From the NCBI RefSeq assembly GCF_009914755.1, contig NC_060929.1: a stretch of 64,000 nt of DNA. One strand, written 5' to 3'. This stretch comes from the human T2T-CHM13v2.0 reference genome, Homo sapiens. The translations under genes were made by a program, and so were the position numbers. Shown here one piece after another: positions 30,174 through 43,353 of the stretch (positions are counted from its first letter, which is position 1; the number at the start of each line of letters is the position of its first letter). Under the pieces are notes generated by a model, which made no database searches, was not told where the DNA came from, and saw only the letters and a program-made list of their open reading frames with translations.

Positions 30174-30250
30174 CAAGTACTTTTTTTACTGCTACTTATG
30201 CAGTAGTGCTAACCCATAGGCAGTGCACCCAGAGTAGCCATGTACTTTTT
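30174..30250 (-). mobile_element. ~51-nt short retro-insertion with TSD
   Basis: CA(A/T)GTACTTTTT duplicated at 30174-30185 and 30239-30250; short A tail on -; TTT/AAAAA endonuclease-type site. Confidence 0.65.
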
Positions 30251-30685
30251 AAATTCAAGTAGAATTTGGCTTAACCCCACCTGAGATGGCTAAAAATCAG
30301 CCCTCGCTTAATTTTCTTCTTCCTTTCCACAGTAACCCCATATTTCCAAACAAAGCTCTGGGCAGTGGTGGTCTTGAGGAAGGGGGATGTCTAATACACA
30401 AAGAAACATAATTCCCTTAGGATCCAGAAAGCACAGAACACAAGGGATGGATAAAGGGAGTGGGGATCTGGTTAGAGAAAGGGAAAATTACCTTCAAATC
30501 TTCCCATTTTCTATAGTATTGAAAACAAAACATGACAGCAATTAGCATCTCAGTAGATTTTTCAATGACAATAGGTTCTCATTCACAATTTTGAAAAAAC
30601 GGAAATCCAACAAATTTAAGCAATTTTCCTAAGGATACACAGCTAATTAATAAACAGTACAGAAATAAGGCCAGAATATGGATCT

Positions 30686-31139
30686 TGTTAAAAAAAATTA
30701 TTCAGTGACACTCATTAAAGCATCTTAAGGAAGACATGATTCAGCACCATCACGATAGGTATAGCGACTATGGCAACAAGGTCATGCAGTAGGGGAGAGA
30801 GATTAGACCCAACTCCAAATTCAGCACGAGCAAGGTGGAATTTACAGCCAAGGAGCAGGGTGGGGTCAGTGGATGGAAAATTACTAAGAGGAAACATTAG
30901 TGGTAAGAGGGATTCTGGCTCAACTGACCTAACAGTATTCTTGCTGAAGACAGGCCAGGTAGTCAGACATTGCCTGGGAGATAGCAGAAGTTGAGGAACC
31001 CAATCAGATATTGAGGGTGATCAGATATCAAGGGTGGGGGTTCTTTCTGAAACTGGATACTGCAATGAAGTATATGAATGGGCCTAGGAGAAGGTTCAGG
31101 AGCCTGACTAATGTTTGGCCAAGCAAAGAATCTTTGTCA
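30686..31139 (-). mobile_element. MER31-family ERV1 solo LTR
   Basis: TGTTAAAAAAAATTATTCAGTGACAC...GCCAAGCAAAGAATCTTTGTCA with TG...CA termini; AGCCAAGGAGCAGGGTGGGGTCAGTGGATGGAAAATTACTAAGAGG core. Confidence 0.75.
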
Positions 31140-33579
31140 GTCTTTCTTCCTAACAGTCCTATTCCACCATCCCAAAGGACCAAAAAGCAGCTAGTGAAGC
31201 AAAGTACCACATGAGTGGCTGAAGTCAGAATTATGTGCAAACTTGACTGCTAGTCAGTTATGTGATTTGTGCTGTACTGCAAAGAAATAAGTTTGCCATT
31301 GTTTTGTACATGAAACATTATGAATGTTTTATACAATCACATATTGTTGATTTTCACAGGAAGAAGAGAAAGCTCTTGAACACCATAGTGACAGATAGCC
31401 AGGAAAGGCTATGATTGATCCGGTTTTAATAACTATTCCACTAATTAAACATGGAAACATCAGCATTATTTTTTTCCTGGTTCCTTAGCAGCTGTTACAT
31501 ATGAATTTATAAAGGCAAGGGAGGCCATCTTAGTGGGTATTTGTGGGCACACCCAGAAGTGGAACACTGCAGTCTTGATGGAAGTTGTTGCTCAAAGATG
31601 TGATACAAATGAGATGCCTGTTTGCCAAATTCCATTTTTTTTTTCTTTTTCCTTCCTCCACTGACATCTCTGCTTTTGATTGGCAGGGAAATTACTTGAT
31701 TCCACCAAGGTCATTACAGTGGAAATCTTAAAGCCAACTGGCATATTTATTGGGCATCTCTCATGGCAGTCTCTCCTGCTAGCCCAGAGGGAGATTACCG
31801 GGAGATTCTGGTCTGTCCTGCTTCTACCCAACAGAGGTCATGGAAAAGGGGCAGTCTAAAATTTGACATTCAGGCAATGGAGCCAAGAATTAACTGAGGC
31901 ATCCATTTCTTTCAATCCCAAATCTAGTAATTTCCTTTCTGACTTTGTCAACATTCATCCACATGGTATAAGCAACAAGGAACCACTGCCAAGTGCCCAG
32001 AGAGAGCCTCCAGGCTCTTGTTCTGAAGTAACTTTTGATCAGCCCCTCCCTTTCCAAACCCTTAATAAAAGAATTCTTGCTCTTCCACTTTTTGTCTAAG
32101 CTCAGGGTGGACCCCTTAGATAATAGTCCAGATTCAATGTTGAGGCAACACTGGGCTTGGCTGTCTTACAATTACCCTCCTCACCATGGTCAGAGGAAAA
32201 TCTTCTGAAGCCACAGAAGTTCATCTTTTCAGATTTAAGACCTTCAATACATATTCCCCAAGGGAAAATATCATCAGTGATTTTCTTTTTAGTAATTCAA
32301 GGTGTACTTTTAAACCATTTTCTATTTACTTGGTATTTTAGGGTATATAAAATTAAAGTACATGCAATGGAGTTGGGAATCTGTATTGTAGAGAAAATAG
32401 CTGGGTTTTTTCACAGCAGAGAGAGTTTTCACTCTAAAACCCTGGGATCTGGCCTGCTGTATGGTGCCTGTAAGTGCTTAATAAATGTGAATTGAAGTAA
32501 ATTGAATATAAGAAGCCAATTAAGTAACAAGATGAACAGAATAAGGAAGTAAAAGACAGGCTGGAGACCAAGTTAAGGAAGGATTCAGGGAACCAGAAAC
32601 CTGGCCTTCAGGCACAGGTGATTGGTTACCCATCACTGACTGAGAAGATAATTAATGCAAAGCAAAAAGTAGAAATAAGCAAAATGTGCTGGATAGAGGA
32701 GCATTTTATAAAGGCAGTGTGAAAAAGAAAGCTGGAAAGGGAAGTTTAAGCTCAATATGGAAGATTTTTGAATCCCTGGCTTAGGAGAGAGGCCTTTCTC
32801 CTGTATGCAATGAAGATTCTCTGTAGAGAGTCAGGAGGTTGCCACTTCCTGCACCTTGTGAAAGGCAGCTCCAGTGGGCTCCATTTGCAATGTCAGCCCT
32901 ACATTTACTATGACGTATGTTGTAAAATATGTAATAAGAAAGCCTCTGTCACTAAGGCTAAGAGGCAGATAGGTATGTATTTGTCTGTGTGTCTTTACTT
33001 GGGAAGGAAGCCTCAGAGATATGGCAAGGAAACAAAGAATTCATATACTCAAACTGCACTCTCTCTTAAATACATAAATAATATCTCACATATATAAATA
33101 CCACTATTTTCAAAATGTATAGAGATATTGTGGGGATTATTAAAATGTAAATTAGTCTAAACACCTGGACTGAACTTAAAATAACCCTTTGCTGTTATGT
33201 ATTTCTTCAGTCTGACACAGCTAATATCATGTAAGTCTCTGTGAGTGCTTTGTTGTTGAAAAAGAGTCTTCATCCTCTGGAATCTTGATAACCACTGCAC
33301 CAAAGAAAATTCTTTCACTTGGAGTCTGATGAGTTATCACAATTCCAGGATATGAATACACACATTACAAAGAAGAAAACTGCTTTTCTGAAATTGTCAG
33401 TGTGGGGAGAATCTCCACGAGAAAGGGGAGGTGGATAGACCTTTCAGCCACAAATTTTCTAGTCAATAATTAATCTTCTCTTGGAAGAAGGTAAGTAAAG
33501 AATAATTGGAAAAAATATTAGATAATTTTCACTAATTAGTGGGAGACAGAGAAGTGAGAAGGGGTATGAACTCCACCAT

Positions 33580-34075
33580 TATGGTAGGTTGATTGGATTA
33601 ATGGCTCAATTTTTCACCTCTCCAAGCCCTTTGCCATGTAACCTTGTCATTCCCTTTTAACCTGGCCATGTGATTTGCTTTGTCCAAGAGAATACGAGCA
33701 GACATGATACTATAAGCATGGCTCTGCTTATTGCTCTTTCCCTCTGCCATGCCATAAGATGGACCTGCCTAGACTAGCAAGGATGGACAAGAACTGAAGA
33801 GAAGAAAAACTCCTAGTGATCCCAGTTGAGGTCATCCTCAATCAGTCAGTAACCAGTCAAACCCTAGGAGCAAGTCCAGCCAAGATCAGCAAAGCCACTG
33901 AGCCATCCCAGAGCTGGACACAAGAGGGGGACGGGCTGAGATAAACCAAGTCCAGATTACATTAGCTGAACCCCCACAAACTCATGCACAAAAACAAACA
34001 TTCACTATTGTATGTCACTGATGTTTTGTAGCCATTTATTTTGCAGCATTATTATGGCAATAGATGACTGAAACT
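33580..34075 (+). mobile_element. MLT1G/F-like MaLR LTR
   Basis: CCCTTTGCCATGTAAC, CCAGCCAAGATCAGCA and GCAGCATTATTATGGCAATAGATGACTGA blocks. Confidence 0.6.
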
Positions 34076-34265
34076 ACCACTTACCAGTTCTGTGGCCCTC
34101 AAAAATAAAGTAGAGGTGATAATGGCACCTATTTCAAGTGTTGGCGTGAACATTAATTAAGATATTATGCATGAAGTTCTTAACACTGTGTGTGACACAT
34201 AGCCTGCCCTCCAAAAGTATGTATGTGGGTAGCAGTATATGGATACCAAGAAAGTAAGAGTGGTA

Positions 34266-34276
34266 GTGTGTGTGTG

Positions 34277-34331
<55 letters not shown>
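34266..34331. repeat. Compound (TG)n(AG)n microsatellite
   Basis: Read directly from the sequence. Confidence 0.98.
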
Positions 34332-34333
<2 letters not shown>

Positions 34334-35334
34334 GGAGATGGGGAAAGTGAAGGAATTATAGCTGCCTCACTATCCTGACCTCAGGGGGCATTACGGTTTT
34401 TTTTGGTTCAAAGAGCATAACAGCCAAGATCAAGTTTAAGCATTTAAATAAAACTACTGAAGATTCTCAGATCACAAAAGAAAAATAAAGTAATATGAAG
34501 CAAGATCATCTATTTTATGGAGTATCTTCAGTTATGTCATCTAAAATATCTCCTCCTATGGGGATGTCTCTTAATGTGCCTCCCTGCCTCCATACAGAAG
34601 TAGGGATATTTCCCACAATGTACAGTAGGGCCCTCAAATCTATCTCTAATTTTAGACTCACAAAGAGGCAGACTTAAAAGCAGCAGGTGTTCTCCTCCTG
34701 TCTAAGAAGTTTCTCCCAAAAATTAGGAGAATCAATGTGCTGTCAGAAGAATGATCCTTTCCAAAAGTGATATACTGAGAGACCCACATCCTTTAGAGGG
34801 ACCCCTTACCTAGTCATAATGAAGTGGCCTTAACAAAAAAAAAATCATGTCAGAACACACAACCCAATAGTATATACAGCTGAACAAGATGTACAGATAG
34901 GCACGGGGCATTGGAGAGATAAGGCAACAGATAAAAGAGAAAATAATGCTCATAAAGCCTTTGTCCATTATTTCTTCCACCTTTAACGCCCGGCTTCTTC
35001 TCTCACTACTATTTCCACTGTTCTATTTCTAACTTGTGCTTTAAGACCATCTTATATGAATTTCACTTCTCTGAAGCTTTCTCCAATCATCATCCTAGTT
35101 CAAACTTCTGTAGACATTTATGTGTAGAATAATCATAGATAAGAGAGAGAAAAATATAATCCAACAATCAGAATCCTAGTTATGCCACCCATCAGTAATG
35201 GAACCTTGGGCTAGTCATTTACTCTATCTGGGCCTCAGTTTTCTCCTCTGACAATGAAGATAGTATTAGTACCTACCTTGAACAATGATTAAACAGTCTA
35301 TTAAAGTACTTGATACAGCCTGACATATGATAGG

Positions 35335-35725
35335 TGATACGGTTTGGCTCTGTGCCCCCACTCAAATCTCATCTCGAATTGTATTAATAATTCCCATGTG
35401 TCAGGGGAGGGACCAGGTGGGAGGTGATTGAATCAGGGGGGCAGTTTCCCTCATGCTGTTCTCATGAGAGTGAGTGAGTTCTCACAAAGGCTGATGATTT
35501 TAAAGTGTGGCACTTCCTCATTCTCACACGCACTCCCTCCTGTCACCTTGTGAAGAAGGTGCCTGCTTCCCTCTTGCCTTCTGCCATGATCGTAAGTTTC
35601 CTGAATCCTCCTAGCCATGCTTCCTGTTAAGCCTGCAGAACTGTGAGTCAATTAAACCTCTTTCCTTTATATTTACCCAGTCTCAGGTAGTATACTTTAT
35701 AGCGGTGTGAGAATGGACTAATACA
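35335..35725 (+). mobile_element. THE1D-like solo LTR inserted in a MIR
   Basis: TGATACGGTTTGGCTCTGTG...GGACTAATACA; TSD ATAGG/TTAGG. Confidence 0.88.
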
Positions 35726-36985
35726 TTAGGTGTTCAAGAAATATTAGTGATTATCATTATATTATTTTGTTATGTATTATTATCATTTATATATATATAT
35801 ATAACTGTTCACCTAAGGATTCTTAATTCACACTGAGAACCTCTTTTGTAGTTAGTTATTTACTCATCTTATATTTTCATTGGGATTTAAGTTCTTGAAG
35901 GTACATTGTTCCAAAATATCTTGTCTGTGGAAGTCAGAGAAATTTAAGGTATTCACAGCTTTAGTGTTATTTGCTCTCTGGTCACAGAATTGCTAACCTC
36001 CCTAATAATGAAAGAACCCCTCTGAATGCAAGCCCAGCCATGCTGCTCTGCAGGGCTAGCTGAACCAGGCAGGACTCATGGTCTCTGTTTCCCTCAGCAA
36101 TTAAGAAGGATCTAAATGAACATATCAATTCCCCAGCTTAGGAGATGGGGCCTAGGCAGGCCAGCCAGACAGACAACCTGGAGAGGAAGTATAGTTAAAC
36201 AGGTGGTGACTAATATAACAAAACCTCCTTCCTGTAGCCTTAATAAAAACAGCAAACCCCAGACAGCCTGGATGCCTAGGTCCTGGGCAGCATTCAATTT
36301 AGGATGTTCTTTTCCCAGTGAGTCATAATTGCCCTGGTCCTGACACTTGTCACTAGAACAAGGCAAAATCGGTGTAATCACCAGAGCAATTGCTTCAGGA
36401 ATACATTCTTTTAGTGATTTGGCTGGAGGAAGTTCAAAAATGCAAGTGATGGTTTTCAAATGTGGAGTGACCAGAGTTGCCTTAAGTACTGGGATTTCTA
36501 AATTTAAGGAAGAAAAGGGAGTAGAGAGGAGTTATAATTATCAACAAAAGGAAACCAAGTAATGAGAGACTCATCCCACTGTGGATAAAATCAGCTCTGA
36601 TACTAACCATTGTTGGTCTGCATGAAAATATGAAAAAAATCATCAGATTCCCCAATCAAACAATTAATCATGGAGTTGGTCTGATAAAAAAACAAGAATT
36701 GGTGACCTATAAAACAATTGTCTAGGATAACACTCACCTTTTAAGATAAAGCCAGATGAAAAGATGACTAAGCAGGGGAATGAATCTTTGAGTGGTAGGA
36801 TAGAGCTTAGAGCTCACGGCTGGTGATTTTATTTTCTTGCTGTTAATGTCATTACATTCCTTAAAGGTCCTATAGCCATCTGGATGAAATTAAAATGACA
36901 AACCAATATCATCGTCTTATTCCTGGACCACCAAATTTGTAGTTCCTGCTGCTAACGGTCCAATTTCCTTGTAGAGACCATCTAG

Positions 36986-37318
<333 letters not shown>

Positions 37319-37932
37319 TCTTTACTTTCTAAGAATTCCAAAATTATGTATCTTATACTAATTGGTTGACCACTATTCTAAAAAAAATAGGAGTAACTGC
37401 CTCTCCTCCCAAATACCAATGTCTTCCCAGAAGTGTGATTAGTACTTAAGAGAGGGAATAGGATAATAATTCATGTAAAACATTTATTATACTGTAATTA
37501 AAACCTAATAAATGCTAGCCATTGTTATTATACACGTATATGTTTCAGATATAATTACTTTATTAGCTTTATTACAGCTGATGTTCACACAAAAACAAGT
37601 ATGCAAAACTTATCATATTGCATTATCTTTACAAAGTAAAACTAAACCTGACCCCAGGCTATCTCTGAACTAGAATGTTGCCTAATATATTGCAGGTGCT
37701 CCAAAAGAAGGTGCTAAATAAATAATTGAATGAATGATAGCTGGACAACAAGCACAAAGAAAGCTATAAATCCCAATCCTAGCAGAATTGAAAGCAGATG
37801 CTGTAGAGGCAGATTAGAGAAAACAAGAGAATCTCAAAGACTTGATAGTTTCTTTGAGACATTTGACAAAGTTAAGAATGGGATAAGGTGAATGCTAAAG
37901 AAAATAGAAAGGCAACTAGAGTTTCCTACACT

Positions 37933-38157
37933 CAGGGTGGGCAAATTATGACCTGCTGACTCAATCCAGCCGACTGCCTACTTTTGTAAATAAAGTTTTA
38001 TTGGAGCACAGCCATGTTCATTCATTCATATATTGTCTCTGGCTGCTTTCACACCACAGTAGCAATGTTGAAAAGGAACTGCAACAGAGACCATATTGTC
38101 TACGAAACCTAAAATATTCACTATCTGACTATTATAGAAACATTCTGCCAAACCCTG
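37933..38157. mobile_element. MER58A MITE
   Basis: TIRs CAGGGTGGGCAAA...TGCCAAACCCTG; core TAAATAAAGTTTTATTGGAGCACAGCCA. Confidence 0.85.
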
Positions 38158-38696
38158 TCCTATGTAAACAGAAGGCTGTACAAGAAATAAGCCATTATCA
38201 TAACAGATTGCATGGATCTCTTGTGTAGCAAGGTAAACAATATTTACATTGCTATAATATAGACACTGTTTTCTAATTTTATATATTTAGAACCAGTTTA
38301 TAGCTAAAACACAAAGTTCTTAATAATGATTAGGAAACAGGATACAAATACCAATACTATCAACCTTAAGAACATAAAAGTATAGATCTGAAAAGTTGGA
38401 AGCTGAAAGTGGGAGAGGAAAACTGTTAAGAAAGGACATGATTTTCCTCATTGTACAAAATGTGGAGTCAAGTGTAATTATCAATCAACATTTACAAGTG
38501 TAATCAATGAAATAATAAAAATGGTCATATGTTTGTATTAGGAATGGGTAAGGAGATCAAAGGCAATATTTATGAGCTAAAACCTAATATGGTAGGATGA
38601 CAGTAGATAATGCCTAAAATATATAATTCATAATTTAGCAGTAAACACGAAGATAACCATCAGAAGAATAAGAAAGAAACAAACAAACAGGTTCAG

Positions 38697-39879
38697 TGCT
38701 ATGGTTTGAATGTATGTGTCCTTCCAAATTTCTTATGTTGGAACCTAAGACTCAAAGTGATAGTATTAAAAGGTGGACCATAAAAACCGTAGAAGAAAAT
38801 CTAGGCAATATCATTCAGGACATAGGCATAAGCAAAGACTTCGTGACAAAAATGCCAAAAGCAATTGCAACAAAAGCCAAAATTGACAAATGGGATCTAA
38901 TTAAACTAAAGAGCTTCTGCACAGCAAAAGAAACTATCATCAGAGTGAACAGGCAACCTATAGAATGGGAGAAAATGTTTGCAATCTACCCATCTGACAA
39001 AGATCTAATATCCAGAATTCACAAGGAACTTAAACAAATTTACAAGGAAAAAAAAAAACCATTAAAAAGGGGGCAAAGGATAAGAACAGATACTTCTCAA
39101 AAGAAGACATTTATGTGGCCAAGAAACATATGAAAAAAAGCTCATTATCACTGATCATCAGAGAAATGCAAATCAAAACCACAATGAGACATCCCACACC
39201 AGTCAGAATGGCAATTATTAAAAAGTCAAGAAACAGTATGCTGGTGAGGCTGTGGAGAAATAGGAACACTTTTACACTGTTGGTAGGAGTGTAAATAAGT
39301 TCAACCATTGTGGAAGACAGTATGGAGATTCCTCAAGGATCTAGAACCAGAAATACCATTTGATGCAGCAATCCCATTACTGGGTACATACTCAAAAGAA
39401 TATAAATCATTCTAATATAAAGACACATGTACACGTATGTTTATTGCAACACTATTTACAATACCAAAGACATAGAATCAACCCAAATGCCCATCAGTGA
39501 TAGACGGGATAAAGAAAATGTGGAACATATACACCATGGAATACTATGCAGCCATAAAAAGGAATGAGATCATGTCCTTTGCAGGGACATGGATGAAGCT
39601 GGAAGCCATCATCTTCAGCAAACTAGCACAGGAACAGAAAACCAAACACTGCATGTTCTCACTCATAAGTGGGGGTTGAACAATGAGAACACATGGACAC
39701 AGAGAGGGGAACAACACACACCAGGGCCTGGTGGGGGATGAGGAGTGAGGGGAGGGAATTTAGAGGATGGATAAATAGGTGCAGCAAACCACCATGGCAC
39801 ATGAATACCTATGTAACAAACCTGTACGTTCTGCACATGTATCCCATTTTTTTTAGAAGGAAGGAAGACAGACGAAAGT

Positions 39880-39923
<44 letters not shown>

Positions 39924-40264
39924 GAAAGAAAAAGAAAGAAACCTTTGGGAGGTGATTAGGTCATGAGGGCAGAGCACTTATGGATGGGATGATACCCTTG
40001 TCAAAGGACTTGAGGGAACTAGCTAGGCCCTTTTGTCTTCTGTCCCTTCTACTATCTGAGGACACAGTGTTTGTCCCTTCCAGAGGAAACAGTGTTTAAG
40101 GCACCATCTTGGAAGCAGAGAACAGGCCCTCACTGGACACTGAACCTGCCAGCACTTTGATCTTGGACTATCGAGCCTCCATAACTATGAGCAATAAACT
40201 TACAATGTGTATACATTACCCAGTCTAAGGTACTTCGTTATAGCAGCATGAATGGACTAAGACA
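38697..40264 (+). mobile_element. MSTD-like LTR split by a truncated L1 (pieces about 38697-38777 and 39942-40264)
   Basis: TGCTATGGTTTGAATG start; resumes CCTTTGGGAGGTGATTAGGTCATGAGGG; ends GGACTAAGACA. Confidence 0.8.
38777..39941 (+). mobile_element. 5'-truncated L1PA8A-like element with (GAAA)n tail
   Basis: ORF2 C-terminus ([25 protein letters not shown]); 3' end CACATGTATCCCATTTTTTTTAGAAG. Confidence 0.88.
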
Positions 40265-41212
40265 CTTGGTTAAAAGTATTAAAAATGGTGGCCTCAAGGG
40301 AAACACCTGGGAGAAGGACTGAAGATGGGGTGCAGCAGAAACTCCAGGTGAACCTGACTCCATTGGTCCATGGACCAATATTTGAGAACCACTGCTAGAG
40401 ACAAGGCCAATTTTTTAGACATTTAGTTTTTTGAAGTTGTTTTCTGGTTCTTAGTGTGAACTAGGGTTATTGAAAGTGGGCAGCTCCATGTGACAGACAA
40501 CAGAATGTAGCAAAAGGAATCATGGGTTCAAACCATGTTTCTACTCCCTTTCAGGCTAGGTGAAACCCCCTTAGGTGTCAGTTTTTCCATCTGTATAATA
40601 GGACTCAAAATTCTAGACTGTCTGTTAGGAAAATTATCAAGGTGAAATGAGATAATTTTTACAAGAATGCTTTTTAAACTATGCAAAAATTATTTAAATT
40701 ATAATTTGTTATTGTTATTCTTGATATGGTCAAAGGGGAGTCAATAAACCTGATAGCCACTCTGCTGCAAGAAGTCATTGCTGTTATTGTATTAGGTCCT
40801 CCTTTCCATTAAAGTTTTGAATGCACTTATTAAAATATGTTATCAGGAGGAAGGTTAAATTATTATTCAATTACATTATTCTGGTTTGGATCAGCACAAG
40901 AAGTAAACATTCTTTCTGCTTGAGGAGTTGGGCTCATACCCAACTACAGAAGCTGGAGTTAGGGGACAAATTATTCTCTTCCTCAACTTTCTGGTAAAGG
41001 GGACACAGGTGTAAAACCTAAGCCTGGATAATTGGATGCTTCTTCCTTGGATTTTTGAATAGAGAAAGAATGACGTAAAGGACAGAGACAATGGCTCAAA
41101 GGTAGGGGGCCAGCAGCTGTAGCTCAGTGTGCTCAGAGGCAGTCAGGTCAGTGGCCATACTCCAACCAGCTGTTCCTGTGACATGTTCTAAATTATGTAC
41201 CTGTTGCCTGGC

Positions 41213-41606
41213 TGATATAGTTTGGCTCTGTGGCCCGAACAAAATCTCATCTCAAGCTGTGATCCCCATGTGTCGAGGGAGGGACCTGGTGGGAGGTGAC
41301 GGGATCATGGGGGAAGTTTCCCCCATGCTGTTCTCATAGTGAGTGAGTTTTCATGTGGTCTGGTAGTTTAAAAGTGTTTGGCAGTTCCCACCTCACTCTC
41401 TCTCTCTCTCTCCTGCTGCCTTTTGAAGCAGGTGCTCACTTCTCCTTCACCTTCTATCATGATTGTAAGTTTCCTGAGTCTTCCCCAGCCACGTGGAACT
41501 GTGAGTCTATTAAAGCTCTTTTCTTTACAAATGACACAGTCTCAGGTAGCTCTTTATATCAGTGTTCAGGTAGCTCTTTATATCAGGGTGAAAATGGACT
41601 AATTCA
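41213..41606 (+). mobile_element. THE1-family solo LTR inside an older ERVL-like LTR; internal 24-bp tandem duplication at 41542-41589
   Basis: TGATATAGTTTGGCTCTGTG...GGACTAATTCA; perfect TSD CTGGC. Confidence 0.88.
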
Positions 41607-42114
41607 CTGGCCTTCCTTAGTTTATGTCATTTCTGAGCTTAGAAACCTTCTCCTTCTGTATTTTGTGAGTTACTCAGTATATTTTCAGTGGATTCCTTTC
41701 TTGCTTGAGATAGATTCAATACTTGGGTCTGATAGAACATTTGGACTAGAGTTTGTTAATCTCATTACAGTAGTTACAGTTGCCATTCATCTGAACCCTA
41801 TAGAACCAGGCATTTTGGAGAGGGGTAAAAGAAAGGAAAATTTTAAATAAATCTAACAGAGCAATCTGAAATGAGCTTCTTTATAGCACAGAGAGGAGCA
41901 AAGGCACAGAGGGGATAGTCAGGGATGGGGTTCTGAAAATAAGGGAGGGGCTCCTCAAACAAGGTATCAAATAGCACCAAAATCAGGTGCTGCTTCCTAC
42001 TTTATTATTTCTTATTAGCAATAGCATTCACCAAGACACTCAAAACCTGCCCCTGATCCACGAGACCCTGAACTGTGCAGACCCAGGGGTCAGCAGCACC
42101 AAAGTAAGAACTAG

Positions 42115-42515
42115 AAGCTAGTAACAGAGCTTCTTCAACTACATGAAGCAAAAACTAAAAGAACTGAAAACAAAATAGACAAAGCCACAGCTTGGGTTGT
42201 ATATTTCAATACCTCTCTCTCATTAATTGATGAAACAAGTAAACAGAGAATCGGTAAGGGAATATGAGACCTGAGCAACACTATGAACCAATCTGGCCTG
42301 ATTGACACTTATAAAACATCCCACCCAACAACAGCAGAATACACAGTCTTTATAACTACGCATACACTAGTTAGCAAGACAGACTGTATTTTTGTCCTTA
42401 AAATAATCTCAATAAATTTGAAAATATTAAATTCATACAAATTACGTTCTCTAGCTGCAATGTAATTTACTTAGAAATCAGTAACAGAAAGGTGTATGGA
42501 AATTTTCCAAACATT
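42115..42515 (+). mobile_element. Old L1M ORF2 endonuclease fragment
   Basis: NQSGLIDTYKTSHPTTAEYT resembles L1 EN DLIDIYRTLHP..EYT. Confidence 0.8.
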
Positions 42516-43006
42516 GTATTGCTTCATTTTGCTTATCTTTATTTTCTAAGTGTCTGATAATAAATGTGCATTTCCTTTCAAGTAAGAGAAAAAACAACAA
42601 AAGTTACTATTATTTAAAATATATACCTTGCCTTTAAGAGGCTTACAGTCTAGTTGGAGAAAGAGATGTCTAAATAACATAATACCTGGTGGAAAGGACT
42701 AAGCACTCTTGAGGAATGAGGGAGAATTGGTTGGGTCAAGTGTAGTTTCACACCAAAACTGAAACCACTACTCTCTCCAACATCCGGACCATCATCACAT
42801 TGTTCTATCTGAACAACTGGGCCTACTGTCTTCGCTCATGATGATGTTCTCTCAGGGGATCCTTTATCTCTGACTTCCAACTCCTGCCCCTGGCACCCCA
42901 GTGCACCAGACCAGAGTATTGACGTTTGAACCTCAGTTGTGAGCTGAGTTCAAGATCCCTTCCACAAGTGAAGGATGCACCTGAACATTTGCTGCAGTGT
43001 CCTTGA

Positions 43007-43353
<347 letters not shown>

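Noticed and set aside
31340-33496. Scattered plus-strand splice-like sites (TTTTCACAG|G near 31359, CAT|GTAAGT at 33231, AAG|GTAAGT at 33491)
   Set aside because: Such motifs are frequent by chance in AT-rich DNA; no coherent exon chain or ORF.
36112-36562. Overlapping ORFs on both strands in unique sequence
   Set aside because: No recognisable domain or splice structure; lengths within chance expectation.
40362-40379. 18-bp palindrome ATTGGTCCATGGACCAAT
   Set aside because: Sits in a MER5-like hAT terminus (TTTGAGAACCACTG), where GGTCC..GGACC symmetry is native.
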